Of a stretch of DNA of 64,000 bases, positions 11,605-24,900 are shown in pieces. Each line of letters opens with the position of its first letter. The first letter of the stretch is position 1. The position numbers and the translations under genes were made by a program. Origin of the DNA: Blasia pusilla (lineage: Eukaryota); assembly GCA_050084515.1 (NCBI GenBank), contig CM114271.1, positions 10,726,001 to 10,790,000 on the forward strand. Direction: 5' to 3'. The notes below the pieces were generated by a model. It did no database searches. It saw nothing but the letters and a program-made list of their open reading frames with translations, and was not told where the DNA came from.

Positions 11605-14600
11605 TAATTGTACAAACTATCTAAGCTGTACCCATCTGAGCATGGATCCACAGGATCCTGGATCTTGAACACCTCGAAATTGTGCTCGGGCCGAACGGCA
11701 AAGACACGCGTAGGGAGTGGTCCATCTCAGAATCAAGACGTTGGAAACAATGTCAGCAACTAAAGAAGTCGGCTTGAGAACATTTTCAATTACTGACATT
11801 GGATCAACCTATCGGAGTCCGACGGGTTGTCTTGTCCCGGACCAACCCGTCGGAAGGCGACGGGTTGGTCAAGGACTAAAACAACCCGTCGGGCTCCGTT
11901 GTTTTTGTCCATGAGCAACCCGTCGGAAGGCGACGGGTTGCTGGCCTAGAGCAGCCCATGCTCGCCTGAGAGCAACCCGTTGCTATCAGGCAGGTTGCAT
12001 CCAAAAACCAAAAGCAACTCGGAAAAACCAAAAGCAACTGCAACCCGTCAGGTTCTGACGGGTTGGAGGTACACCGCGGTTTTCCCTGTGTATGTGGGAA
12101 AGATGCAACCCGTCAGAAACTGACGGGTTGCTCTTTGCCGAGCATGGCCGCTCTAAGCCGTAAAACCCGCCGCTTCCGACGGGTTGCTCACACAAAACCC
12201 CAGATTGACACTCATTATACTCACTCAACAGAGATGAACACTCATTATACACATCATTAAAATATAATTGAAATTATAGTACAGGAATTGAGCCTTACCC
12301 GAATCTGACTCGTCGCGGATCGGAGTGGGTACTCGTTTTTGATGATCCACGATTGCGTCGTCCTCCACTTTAGCGACCTCTTGACGCACTGGAGGTTGAA
12401 GCACTCTTGACGCACTTTAGCGTCCTCGCTCCCTCCAGTCAACACCAAGAAGCAGCCCCTGTCACTCAGATAGGCGTCTGCAAAGGAGAACAAAAGCGCA
12501 ATCTGGTCATAAGAGAGCGGCACATTCCACTCAGGCACCTCGTCCGATGGATTCTCGCCCCAAAGTCGCAACCCCGAGGGCAGATCGGCGATCAAGAGAT
12601 CCACCGCAACCTCTTCGACCACTCCATTCACCGTCAAGGCAGCGTGCCCGTTTTGTTGGAGCTTCCGTCCTAGCGTTCTCAATTTTTTGATGGCTGGTGT
12701 CGACGCTTGAGAACTGAAGCTCTTTAGCTCATCCAGTAAAGGAGTGAACTGAAGGAGGACGCTTGTCCGGGTCGTTGTTTGTCTGTGTCTTCCCAAGGAT
12801 GATGGATTGTATTCTCCTTGGGACAACCCGGGCACCTCTCGCTTCCGCTTCTCCCTAGTCTGCGAACGGCTTGTCGGGGTCTCTATGACCTCAGACTTTG
12901 GTGGGGTTTTTTTCGCCGAGGACCTGGTCCGACCCTCTCTCCCCGCTCGCCCGGACGATTCCGCCTTTGGCCTTGAATCTTCAGCCTCTCTTTGGGAAGA
13001 CTCGGCCTCTGAATTTTTCCCTCCCCTCGCCTTGCCTTTGAGACCCGCTGTGGATTTGTCTTTGGTTGTGCGGACCTTGGAAGCCAACTCAGCTGTCTCG
13101 TGGGCCTGCTCTTCTGCATCTCCTCCGTAGAAGTCTTCAGGCTGGACGAAATTGGGGATGTCGTCTTGTCCTGAGGCCACTGCATCATGAAGCACTCGTA
13201 AATTCTTATCGATGATGTCTTCAGGGTCGTTGAAGTCGAGCCAAATGGGGCAATTCTCCACCTCCCAATCGGACATGTGTTGCCCCATCTCCATGTCGTA
13301 CATGGAGAATGTCTCTGCATCCGGCGGCAAAGCCCACAATTTCAAGGCTACCGGTAATTTTCCCCACGTACTTGCATTCTTACATTGGACGAGGTACCTG
13401 AAGACCATCCGTTGGGCAGCTTTTAGTCAAACACAATCGGCCGTCTGCTCCTGTAGATCTCGCTTCTTCTTCGCTTGATCCCGTTCGTTCCCCTCTACTT
13501 CTTCGTCAAGCTCTGCCTGAGGGAGGACGCAAACCTTGAACATGGTCTTGAATCCTGGGTTTTTGGTTGGCTTGTCCTGGATGTGGTCGAGCCAAACCTC
13601 GAAATCTCCAGAACTTTCAAGGTTTGCTTCATCCGGGATGGGCTCTTATCTTCTGAGCTCCGTTTGTAGACCATCCAGCACGGAGTTCCCGATAACCCGC
13701 AACGCGTCCCAGAACGACCATACGCGTATCCAGTGCGAGATCATTGGATCGGACACACCCGGAGGATGGTGTGTCGCCCTCTTCTGGGCCTCTGAGCCCT
13801 TGAGACTGATTTTCATCAGTCGGATCCTCCTAAACTCGCTTATGCCGGACAACGCAAACCGATGCACGCAATCCAGGGACACTTTCTCCCCAATCCGACC
13901 ATGCAGATCTTCATCCCTTTTCGGGCGCTTGATAATCGCCTTGGCTCCTTTGTAGAACTCCGGACCAAGTTCGGGGTTGAGAATCTTGATGTATCGCGCA
14001 TCTTGCTCGCCGTGTATTTCGTTGTCGCAGATATCGCAGCCTTGATGAATTTCGCGGCGCCAGACGCAGATACCTTCTCCCTCCGCTCCAGCTCCATCTG
14101 CAGCGCTTTTCTTGCGGCATGTATCTTCGACCAAAGCAAAGGATGGTTCTGGCCGCATCTTGGGAAATAAACTTATTTGCCCAAGTTTTTTTTTTAACTG
14201 AGCACCCTTTGCAAGCATCTGATTGACAAGGGCATTGCCCAAGAACCCCTATACTCTCCCGGTGCGTCGTAAGCACCTTCCTCATCCGATCGCAGTCATG
14301 GATCCAGTGGTGGGTGACATTTCCCTCCGATACAATCCTGCTTTCGGCCAAAAACAGTTTCGAGGCAAGCAACCCGTCGGACTCCGACGGGTTGCTTTGG
14401 GGAAAAAACCTTCTAAACTGCAGCTCGTTCGAACAACTCGCCGGAGTCCGACGAAGTTGCATTCTTCAAAAAACATCCTCACAAGGCGGCGAGTCGAACA
14501 ACCCGTCAGACTCCGACTGTTTGCTTTGGGCCAAAAACTAATTAAATCTGTGGTCAATCAAACAACTCGCCGGAGTCCGACAAGTTGCATTCTTAAAAAA

Positions 14601-15916
14601 ACATCCGAAAAAATGTGCAGTCGAGCAACCCGTCGGAGTCCGACGAGTTGCTTTCGGCAAAAACAAACCTAACCCATTCATCAATCGAGCAACTCGTCGG
14701 AGTCCGACGAGTTGCGTAAGTGTTACAGATTCTCACGTGTTCATGGCATGCATTGTCATCTCCACCATCGCCATGTGATGAGGGAATGGGTGAAGGACCA
14801 CTGCCTTCACGCATAAATGTGCCTCCAATGAGTTGGGCCGCTCCTCCGCAAACTTGGTCCATGCCATGAACCTGTGATTTCCATCCCAGATGAAGAAATG
14901 CAGATTCCTCATCCAGCTGAATTCCGTGCCCTCAACTTGCCTTCTGAAATCCTAGTCTCGCATCCTCCAGAATGTGTCGAGCTTTTCCAAGTCCTCCTCC
15001 ATAACCAGAGCTTGGGTTCCATGCTTGTCGTAAGGCTGAACATAGAAGGGAGGAAAGCGTCGGCGACGAGGATGTTTGTCGCCGATTGTTTAAGCTTTCG
15101 CGATGTCCCTCGTCGGATCGAATTTCGCGGACGTATTCCATTGTCCACAATCGCGAGTGGAATCCTCGGGCTAGGGTGGCGTCCATGAGTGCCATATGCT
15201 TTTCCACCTGTCAGAACCAGGACAAGATGAATAAGCTACACTGAATTTCCAATGAATTGCAATTCACATAATTCAAAAAACCCATATCCTCTCTTACCCG
15301 CTCGAAAATGGGGTCGGTTTCTTGACCAGCTAACTTGTCTGAGACAGAAGCTGGAAAATCGACTAGGAACTCGTCGATCCGATAGAGGTCGATGTCCTCC
15401 GCCGGGCTTGGAGTCGAATGACCGCTCTCCGCTTCTTCGCCATGTCCACCATCTCCACGCTGGCGGTCCTCATGACCTCGTCGTCATCGATTTCAACTTC
15501 TGGCGTTTCCACTATGTTGATTGTGTCCCCAGACTTCGTGGGGGACATTTCCCGCATCTCAACACTTTCAGTTGGACGGGCAGGGCTATCGCTTTTTCCC
15601 TCCTCGCTTTAGCCAATTCTGCCCTCCTCACCAACGCGTCCAGACGCTTCTTTTCTCTCTTTTCGTCGGCGATCCTTTTCTTCAAGGCCTGCGACGTCTC
15701 AGCCTCTGCGTTCTGTTTATCTTTATCTAGCGCCTCTTGAATACGTCTCGCAAGAAGCACTTGGTTGTGCATCTCTGCTTCCCTTTCCCGCTCCTCGATT
15801 TCCCGCTGCCTAATTTCATTCGCCGAACGAGGCCTAGGAGATGCTGACGTAGGAGTCCTAATGGACTTCGGAGTGAAGCTCCCAGACTTGTTGGCTTGTG
15901 ATTTTTTCCTCGTCAT
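11605..15916 (-). pseudogene. Spliced gene: coiled-coil + ParB/Srx-like + beta-class amino-methyltransferase-like domain (3' part deleted in this copy)
   Basis: ATG (MTRKKSQ) at 15916. FFIWDGNHRFMAW at ~14871-14888. VDLLIADLPSG at ~12575-12600. GT donors at ~15297, ~14737 and ~12297. Frameshifted; lacks the segment matching 54258-55545. Confidence 0.7.
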
Positions 15917-16299
15917 TTTTTCCGGAAATGCCTCCACCTATGTCCACGACAAATCCCTTGATCAGTCGCCTTGCTGATGTCGAGATGGGGAGCTCGAATC
16001 ACCTTGATGGGTAGCTCGAATGGTCCCGCGATCGCTCAGTCGAACCGTCTCGTTGTCGTTCGGTCGAACCGTCTGGCTCTCGTTCCCTCCTATCGATTCG
16101 CAATGTGTCGCCGTGTGAAACGCCCCTTCGTATCTGATCAGCTCCTGCGCGGGAGAGTGAGGAATGAAGATGGCAAAATGAGAAACCGGAAATGAGCGAT
16201 TTTTGCCCTATTTATACTTTTCTAGCCGTTGGGCTGACCGTTGGGTCCCGTCGTCCTTTCGACGGTGACCTGCCGGAGGTTACGGAAGTCCGGACGTGA

Positions 16300-16810
16300 A
16301 AAATGGCAACCCGTCGGAGTCCGACAGGTTGCGCGCCTCTGCCATCCTGGGTACGACGCCACGTGCGCGAGCAACCCGTCGGAGACCGACATGTTGCGCG
16401 CCTCTGCCGTGTTTGGGACGAGAACGGGACGTATCTTGGGCAATCCGTCGGAGACCGTTGGGTTGCACGCTTCCCTCATCAAGGTTCAAGAACGCGGGCT
16501 TCCCGTGCAAGTCGTCAGAGTCCGGCTGGCTGCACACAAGGCGAGGCCCTTGCGCAACCCGTTGGAGGGCGACAGGTTGCACGCCTCGTTGTCTTTGGGC
16601 AAATAGGTGAGGCACCCGCGGAAGTCGTCGGGAACAGACGGTCTGCACGCCTTCGGCATCTTCGGGCAAGAAGGAGCGGTATCCGAGCAACTCGTCGGAG
16701 AGGGACGGGTTGCTCGCTTTGACAATGTTTGGCAGAAGCGTGCAACCTGTCTGAAGCCGTCGGTTAGCTTCGGGTAATTTTTGAGTTACCAGGACTCCGA
16801 CGGGTTCCAA
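16300..16810. repeat. Intergenic palindrome cluster between the two divergent genes
   Basis: About 9 palindrome copies with variable spacers, flanked by outward-facing TATA-like boxes (GTATAAATA on minus at ~16209-16217; CTATAAAT at ~16963). Confidence 0.8.
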
Positions 16811-17027
16811 GTGTGATGCACAACCCTCTGCTTCCCAAATCCAGTAACATATTGAAATAGAATTGAATGTGTTACAGAATTGGATCCATTGTGTCAGACA
16901 ATATCACCCACCGAATTCATCTTGTCCGTAAAAATCTGTCAGGAGTTTTTGTTTCCTATTCACTATAAATTAAAAATTCTCACTCTCATTCTCATTCTCA
17001 GTCTCCTCCTGTTGGAATCTTATTGGA

Positions 17028-20000
17028 ATGGATAATTATGTTAAGCTCACTTGTGGCAATCATCAGCCGGCCCTTCCTCAATCAGAAATCATTCGACCCC
17101 AAGCTCGTGAGTCTTTCATAGCAATGGATGAAAATTTTCTGTCTGTTCGATTTCTTCTCCAAATTGGAACCATCTTTGTATCCAAAGATTTTAGGGTGGA
17201 CGGTACGGAAGACATAATAGGTGAGACGGTCCAGCCAAAGTGACCTCAGCATCGTAAAGTATGGAATCTCCTACCTCTAGCAAATGGTCAATACAGAGTT
17301 TACGGCCCGCTCGATTGCCTCTGTTTCCCAAGTAGACGGTCTAGAATTTCCTAGTGCTCAGAGCTCACGTTTGCAACTCCAAGCTCTGCAGATCCGGCGT
17401 CGACTCAACCAGACGCCTCGTAATAATGTTGTTCATCCCGAAGAGATTCCGGATGTTATCAACCTCGTGGATCTGGCTTGACACCAATCGGTCCCTCGTC
17501 CGCCTACGTTCCTCTTGCGAGTATCTAGAAATAGTTTGTTGTCTCGGCCTTGAAAATGTTCAAGCACATTCTTGTTGACGAGTGGTGCCCACGCACGATG
17601 GTAATTGCATTTTTGAGTTGCCTCCACTTGCGGCTCTGCTCAAAAGAAGGATGGAGGACGCTGAAGGGTATGGACAGAAAAAGTCCGATTGTCATCGATG
17701 GTGCAGCTTCAACGGACCAAAGTGCTTCAATTCCAGATGGTCCTTGATTGTCTCCCGCCGCCAATGCGTGGGAGCCTTGGAGTGTAGAAGTCCAGCATGC
17801 CCGTATCTAGAGCGCAACGGGCGAGTCAATACGTCGCAATTCCCTCCCAAGAATGCAGAAACTCCATACGAGGTCGGTGCCACCATACCGCCGGGAGGCC
17901 ATCGATGTCCTCATTGTCAGACATCGCCCTTCTACGTTGGAGCGTGTCCTGCATACATATTTTTCATTGTCCACGACTTGGGCTCCACGTCAGAGTATAC
18001 AAGGCTGGCAGTCCATGTTGACTCCCACACTCATCATGTGACCGATGCAATTCAAAGACACATCAAGGAGGATGTGGCGAAGAAAGTAGTTGAGGTCTAT
18101 AGAAACTCTCCGGGTTCAAAGCCCGGAGTGATCAAGCTCACATCGGCATCACAAATTTGTAAACAATTGCTTGGAATCCCTGGACAGGGTGAGATCACGG
18201 CGGTTGAGGAGAATCAACTCTGGGAAAATCTCGCATTTCTCGCTGATCCTGAATGCTTCCGGAAATTTGCTGCATCAAATACGAGTTCTGGATGGAAAGA
18301 CGGCCGAAATGGATGCCATCGCCACAATCAAGGCCAACTCCAGATTTCCATTCATTCAGAGATGGCAGTTCATGGGCCAAGGAGGCGAGGGATCCAGGGC
18401 CTATGTCTTCAAAATGTCAACCACAGGTCCGTCGAATGGCCTCAATCTTATAGATTGAATGAGGGAAGGGAAAGATCTTTACGGGAGCTGGGTAAGCTTT
18501 GATATTTGCTATAGAGTGCTGAACGGATGGTTGACGATGGGTGCTCACCTTTATGACCATGTGGAGAAGGGACTCAAAACTAGATTTGTCTCTGAAGTAA
18601 AGGCAGAAGACGTTGGCAGTTTGAAGATGTGCTGGTTACTCTTATTGGAGGTGGTGAAGGAAAAAAAAAGGCCACCTCCGGAAATTTATGGGTTCATGGC
18701 GGACAATGCACAACCAAGGTGGATTGCTATCCGGGAAGTGTTCTGGGGTGGAGAGGTTCAACCGGAGAGGGAAAGGTCGGATGCTTTCCATTGGCAACAG
18801 TATGTGACCCGGTACACCAAATCTTGCATCAAGGAGAATAAGAGGACAGAGCATGTGACTCTACTCCAACGCTGCAAGGACAGAAAAACCTTGAAGCAGG
18901 CCATGGAATGCCAGGAAGAACTTCATGGGTGGTGGAGGAAGCATGCGATTGAGGGGAAGTACAAAGAGTTGTGCTCTTGGTTGAGTTGGTGGACTGTACG
19001 TATGAGACAATGGGGAAACTTCATGCGGCAGGTGAGTTCACTATTTTTTCTTGTCAAGCTCACGCTGAGAATTGTTTGTAAAGTTGTAGCTCAGGGTGAG
19101 AAGCGTGGGAATTATATGGATTTCAAACCCAAGAAACCAAGCAAGCTGTCGGATGCGACGGGTTGCCCGAGTGTGCAACCCGACGGAAACCGATGGGTTG
19201 CCCGATTGTGCAACCCAAGTGTGCAACCCGTCGGGACCAGATGGGTCAAAGAGTCGTTCATGGGATGCCTCGGCCTTGCAACCCGTCTGGTTCCGACGGG
19301 TTGCAGTAGGTGGGCTTAAGGTTACAACACGTCGGGACCCGACGGGTCGCAGAGTCGTTCATGGGATGCCTCGGGCTTACAACCCATCTGGTTCCGATAG
19401 GTCGCTTATTTCTTTGACTCCTGAGTTATTTTCGTTCCCTTCTAACATTGCCGTCGTTGCAGGGATTGAACGTTCATGAAAATGCCCTCTGCCCCAACAC
19501 AAGTGGAGCGAAAGTGTTCATTCCTCTTGAGGTCGTCACAAGCATGCCAACGAATTTCACTTGTGGAGGCATGCCAACAAGACCAGGCAAGAGCAATGCT
19601 ACAGTCTGCAGCATCCCATATCTTCCTCACAAAAGGCATAACAAAAGGAAAGGGGCCGTCGATCTACGAGCTCTATGTCAGGGCGGCTGTGAGATCTGGT
19701 GATGAAAAAATGTAGGTGGAAGCCTTCAACCGGTGCGTATCTGGAACTCCACTCGAGCAAGACGTACACATTGGTGGGGATATTTGTGGGCGGGTTTCAA
19801 GACGTCCCACACAGATGGTGGTAGAGCGATCGAGCGAGACTCGTGGAGACCAGATAAGTATCTTGACTTCAGGCAGGTGAAGAGGCAGCATCGAGGAACG
19901 AATCCGATGATTGATTTGGATGAGGAAATTACACCGCCCTGGTATTCGGGGACCCCGAACCCGTCCCAAATCCGTGATGGAGTTACTTCTGCAAAATCAG

Positions 20001-20485
20001 TGAATGTTTTATTTCAAAAGCCCTCCGTTGCTGGAAGTTTGCAACATCCTGTCACTCGGGTGGTTCAACAATATGGGATTCCGGTAATGGAGGTGGATTG
20101 CAACCTAAAACGGTGGCATATATCTCGAGCAACCAGACGTGGACCCACCTACTGTGGTTGGATCTGATGGCATTAGGAGAGCATGCGGCACTTTCCTAAA
20201 TAAGAACTGCATAAGGATCGACGACCCTTGCATGGGTTTTGGGGACTCAAAACCTTTGATCGTTTCACGAGGACCGGGGATCAATTGAAGTACTTCTTCT
20301 GCCCAAATGAATCTTGCGTTTTCCGGAAGTCTTATCCGGTTGCCATTGGAGCTCTCGGGAATACCCCCACAATTTGGCCCATCGCCGCAGGTACGAACTG
20401 CACTCAAGACGAAGTGGACAATCTTACAAGTGCCGGTTTCATACTTGTAGACGGGGGAAGTTCGGAGCATGTTCGCATTACATAG
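17028..20485 (+). pseudogene. MULE-like DDE transposase with N-terminal GCM/WRKY-like Zn domain and Cys-rich C-terminus; one intron (~19033-19462)
   Basis: C..C..CPHC..CP..HxxxHTH N-domain. Candidate catalytic motifs VSFD, GFMADN, DAFHWQQ (CxxH-like) and frameshifted NTSGA(E)SVHS. GTGAGT donor and TTGCAG acceptor. Several stops and frameshifts. Confidence 0.7.
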
Positions 20486-20566
20486 ACCTTCGCATTTCGT
20501 ATTCAACCCAAGCATTGGTGGTGCACACGCACTAGAGTGAAGTGCAGCTCCTCGATTCAAAAAAAG

Positions 20567-20760
<194 letters not shown>

Positions 20761-21921
20761 CTCTCAGTTCTTGATTGGACTTGGAGTTCCGAGATCATTG
20801 TGATTTTGCTCGCCTTTTGTGACGATGAGGACGAAGCATCTAGCCATTACTTGGCTTCCTACGCAAAATTCGTATTCCTCAGAGCAAGAGCATATGCTGA
20901 TATTGCTAAGCTGGTAGCACTAGAATTGTTCAAGGTACCTTCTTCACTTGCTTCTCTCTCTACACCCATCCCGCTCTCAAGCACCGTCCAACCAGGGCAT
21001 GGGGTCTATGGTCGCAAGGCTACGACAGGCACTATTTGATAGTATAGTCTTTCTCTCTCTCCTTTTGGTAGTACCAGAATTGTTCAACACATTCAGTAGC
21101 CTTGATTCATTGCCCAAAGCTACTGCAGTGGTAAATAATGTCTATTGGGGATCCCAATCAGGTAAAGTAGATGGTCTGGTGAATAGTTTCTTGGATGACA
21201 CGTGGAAGCTTCGCACAAACACGTTGTTTAGTCAACACTCACACTATATGAGAGTGTCTCCCTCCTCTCATATAGTATCTTCTTCACTTGCTTGTCTTTC
21301 TACACCCATTCGAGCAACAAGTGCTTTCTTGCTTTCCATACATTATAACTCTTTTTTATATATATACATATCGCGCCGACCATGGAATTGGTTGAATTTG
21401 GCTCAACTAGTGTTGTGTATCAAGTACAAGAGCAAAGTAAGACTCAAATATCACGGAGGGGACCGAGACATTCACTCCTTGACCTACCAAGTACTTACTT
21501 GTACGTCACTCTTCTCCTTGTTCTCCTTGCGCCTTCACATAGGTTAGTCACTTGCTTTAGTTGCTGGAAAAATACATTAGACCAGGGCCATAATAAAGTG
21601 TATATATCAAAGGATTGAATCATTATCTAAAGTTGGGTGTGTTATATTTGTCATTCAGGAATGTCATTTGAAGCGTTGGACCACATCGGTGAGGATTGTT
21701 AGTGATGATTGATGATTGAGATCTCCATCGAGATAAGAACCAGGTTAGGTATATGTGCCTTATCATACTTGTCTTGACTTCACGTGGGTATGCATTCAGA
21801 TGATAGCTTTTTCCATTAGATCTTTGTGGAATTTGTTATTGAGGCAAGATGTCATGGTTTTGGATGTGTTTGGAATGTTTCAGTTCACAGTTTGCGGGAA
21901 TTCACTTCCAATCCCCTTAGA

Positions 21922-24900
21922 ATGGATTTGAACCACCCAGTTAGAGTAAAGGCACACGATTCCAAGTTGTGGCAACAGGAAAGCACACGAGCTAGAGTGT
22001 TGGGCTGTAAAAGATTGCGGTGTCCGTGCAATGACTGTAAGGGTGGGTCTACGTTGTCCATCGGCAAGGTGGAAGCACATTTGAGAAAAAATGGACGCTC
22101 GGCGCTTTGTCAAGTGCCAAAATCTAGGGATGGATGGGACTCTTCAGATGAAGAGTGGCTTATGCATGATCTTGCTGAAAAAAGAAGCCAAGAGGATAAG
22201 ACAATGGAGTCAGCCCCCACCTTCCATGTGGATGGAAGGGGAGATTTTCCATGGCAGATATAGACGAGCACATTGACGTTCATAAAATGCTCAATGATAT
22301 TTTCCAGAAATACGACTATATACACGAGGATGAGACTGCAGAGACATCTCTCCCATATGATGAATTACCAGAACCGGGAATATCAAACGAAGAATCACTA
22401 TTCAATCATGGAGATGAATATGAGGAGCTTGCTGAAGCTTGCAAACCCTTGTTCCCTACAGCGAAAACATCTGTTTTGGCTTTTATCATGTTACTATTCA
22501 ACATTCAAACCACCCATGGCGTCCCAAATGTAGCTATTGACGATTTTTTGAAACTCCTTTGTAAGTTGGTCCTACCAACAGGGAACTTGGCGCCACCGAG
22601 TTATTATGTAGCAAAAAAACTCATTGGTAAACTAGGCTTAGGTTCCAACAGTATCCATGCGTGTCCAGCTGGATGTGTTTTATTCTGGGGTTATTAGGCT
22701 GAAGGTGAGATCTGTCCATTATGTGGGAAACCAAAGTTCCGGAAAGTGGGTAGAACGTTGGTACCATGTAAGGTATTAAGGCATTTTCCTGTCATACCTC
22801 GGATGAGACGTATGTTTAGATGCAAGACGTTGTCTGAATTGTTAACCTGGGCCCCCTTGAATCAGAGCAAGGATGGCTTAGTAAGACATACAGCTGATTG
22901 CAAGGCATGGCGCCACATGGACAACTTATATCCGGACTTTGCCGAGGAGAAGAGGAATTGCAGGTTTGGGCTAGCTTTGGACGGAGTGAATCCATTTTCA
23001 GACAAGTTGAGTTCGTGGTCAACATGGCCCGTGCTTCTTGTTAATTATAACTTGCCTCCCTGGCTCCAGACCAAAAAATTCTTTGTGATGCTCTCTTTGA
23101 TCATACCAGGAAAGGAGAGTGTAAATGGGAAAAACATAGACACATACTTGCTTCCTCTAGTGGAAGAGTTCCAAGAAATGTGGAAAGGGGTTCAATTTCA
23201 TGACGTACGGAAGGTAGGCGGAAGTTGGAACTTCATGTTCAGGGCTACCTTACTATGGACCATAAATGATTACCCGGCATACGGAATCAGAGAGGGCGTA
23301 ACCATGGTGGAAAACTAGGATGTACTATATGCGGGCCTCGAGTGGATTCTGATTTTTCAAAGTCTTGTGGCAAGCCCATATACGGTTGTCATCGTCGACA
23401 TCTCCCATTGAGCCATCCATGGAGGACCCGCAGGTATGGATCTCACTTCAACGGGAGTGCAGAACTTAGACCACGCGTGCCTAGACTACTTTCCAGAGAG
23501 ATTATTGGATGGGAAAATGAAAAATATGCATATGATGAGAGTGGGGGTCGAGAAGACGGCCCTACTGATCCCTACAAGAGAATTGGGGTGAAAAGGCTGA
23601 GTATACTATATTTTTTGCCATATTGGCCAGTATCCTGCTTCTTCTCTATATTATCCATTCTTTATGTTATGAAATAGTGGCTATAGAGGAGGATAGCTTT
23701 TGTTTGATTTGATTGTGGATACTAGCTATCATGTTGAAGTTGTGAGATGTCCATGCTTCCTTGACGATACAATCAGAATTTGCTTATACACCATACGTTA
23801 GATGTAATGCACGTTGAGAAGAATATCGTTGAGAATCTAGTCAAGACCTTATTTGGAGTGAAAGATACTGTGAAAGTAAGGAGAAATCTGGAGGCTCGTG
23901 GGATTCGATCCCATTTGTGGTTGCAACCCCATCCTAGTAAACCTCAAGTTTTGCTTAAACCAGATTCCGATTATTGTCTATCTCCCTGTGACTTGAACAC
24001 TTTCCTTTTGAGGATTCAAAACTTGAAAGTGCCATCTGGATATTGTGGAGAACTCTCCAAGCATGTGGTTAATCAAAAATTGGGCAATATGAAATCACAT
24101 GATTACCATGTCTTCATTCAGCAAGTCCTTCCTTATTGCATCCGTGGTCTTCTGAAGGACCACGTGACAATGGTGGTTATTAGATTATCCGGCATTTTTA
24201 GAATGGTGTGTACAAAGGTATATGATCCAGCTTTATTTGACAAACTCTTGGAAGAGACTGCCATAACCCTTTGTCTATTTGAAATGCACTTCCCTCCATC
24301 TTTCTTCGACGTGATGACACATTTGTTGATTCATGTCATAGAAGAGTTGGACATGTGTGGGCCAGTAGCATGTCGATGGATGTATCCAATGGAGCGATAT
24401 ATGGGGTACATGAAGAAATATATACGGTCTAAAGCTAGACCAGAGGGGTGTATGGGCGAGTAAGGGTATGTGAAGGACGAGGCATTAGGGTTTGTGACTG
24501 AGTATATGAAAAGGTTTGAAGACGTGCGGAAGCGAGTGTGGGATGATGGGGAGGAAGAGGGGGTCGTTGGTGAGGAGCTAGAAGGTGCAGACACTCCAGT
24601 TCGACTTTCGCGAGAAATGATCAACTTAGCACATCATTATGTGTTGCATAGTACAGAGGTCATGGTTGATTGGCAAAGGTAAAACTCTCCAATATATGCT
24701 TTTCAAGATTATAGTTATGTGAATTACGGTTCAGACTCTCAAAGTGTAGATTATTTTGGTATTGACACATTAAATACAAAATAATGTACTAATACCATTA
24801 ACATTGTTATTGAACAGGAAATATCAGTCATGTTTGAGAGACATTCCTTTTGAAAAGTGGATTCGCCTTGCCATTACACAGGATGCAATTGACAACTCAA

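Larger units (their letters stand above)
10632..20530. mobile_element. Palindrome-rich MULE-like transposon, copy A (most complete; one terminus seen)
   Basis: Starts GGGGGCTGGTATTCTGGCA. 10632-16800 is a near-identical inverted copy of 48729-56532. Two divergent genes and roughly 30 palindrome copies counted by eye. Confidence 0.85.

Noticed and set aside
12257-15916. Bacterial or phage contamination explaining the ParB/MTase motifs
   Set aside because: The gene has GT-AG introns and TATA-like boxes, exists in several diverged copies and is interleaved with plant TEs.
16300-16810. CRISPR-like repeat/unique-spacer array and its overlapping ORFs
   Set aside because: Spacing is irregular and spacers are related to each other. 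The ORFs (ATRRSPTGC, NPSESDGL, QPVGVRRV) are translations of the palindrome in GC-rich DNA.
20530-20536. CACTAGA as the left TIR of the CACTA element
   Set aside because: Only 7 bp match the right TIR, there are no subterminal repeats, and the 3-bp flanks (ACG versus AGC) are not a TSD.
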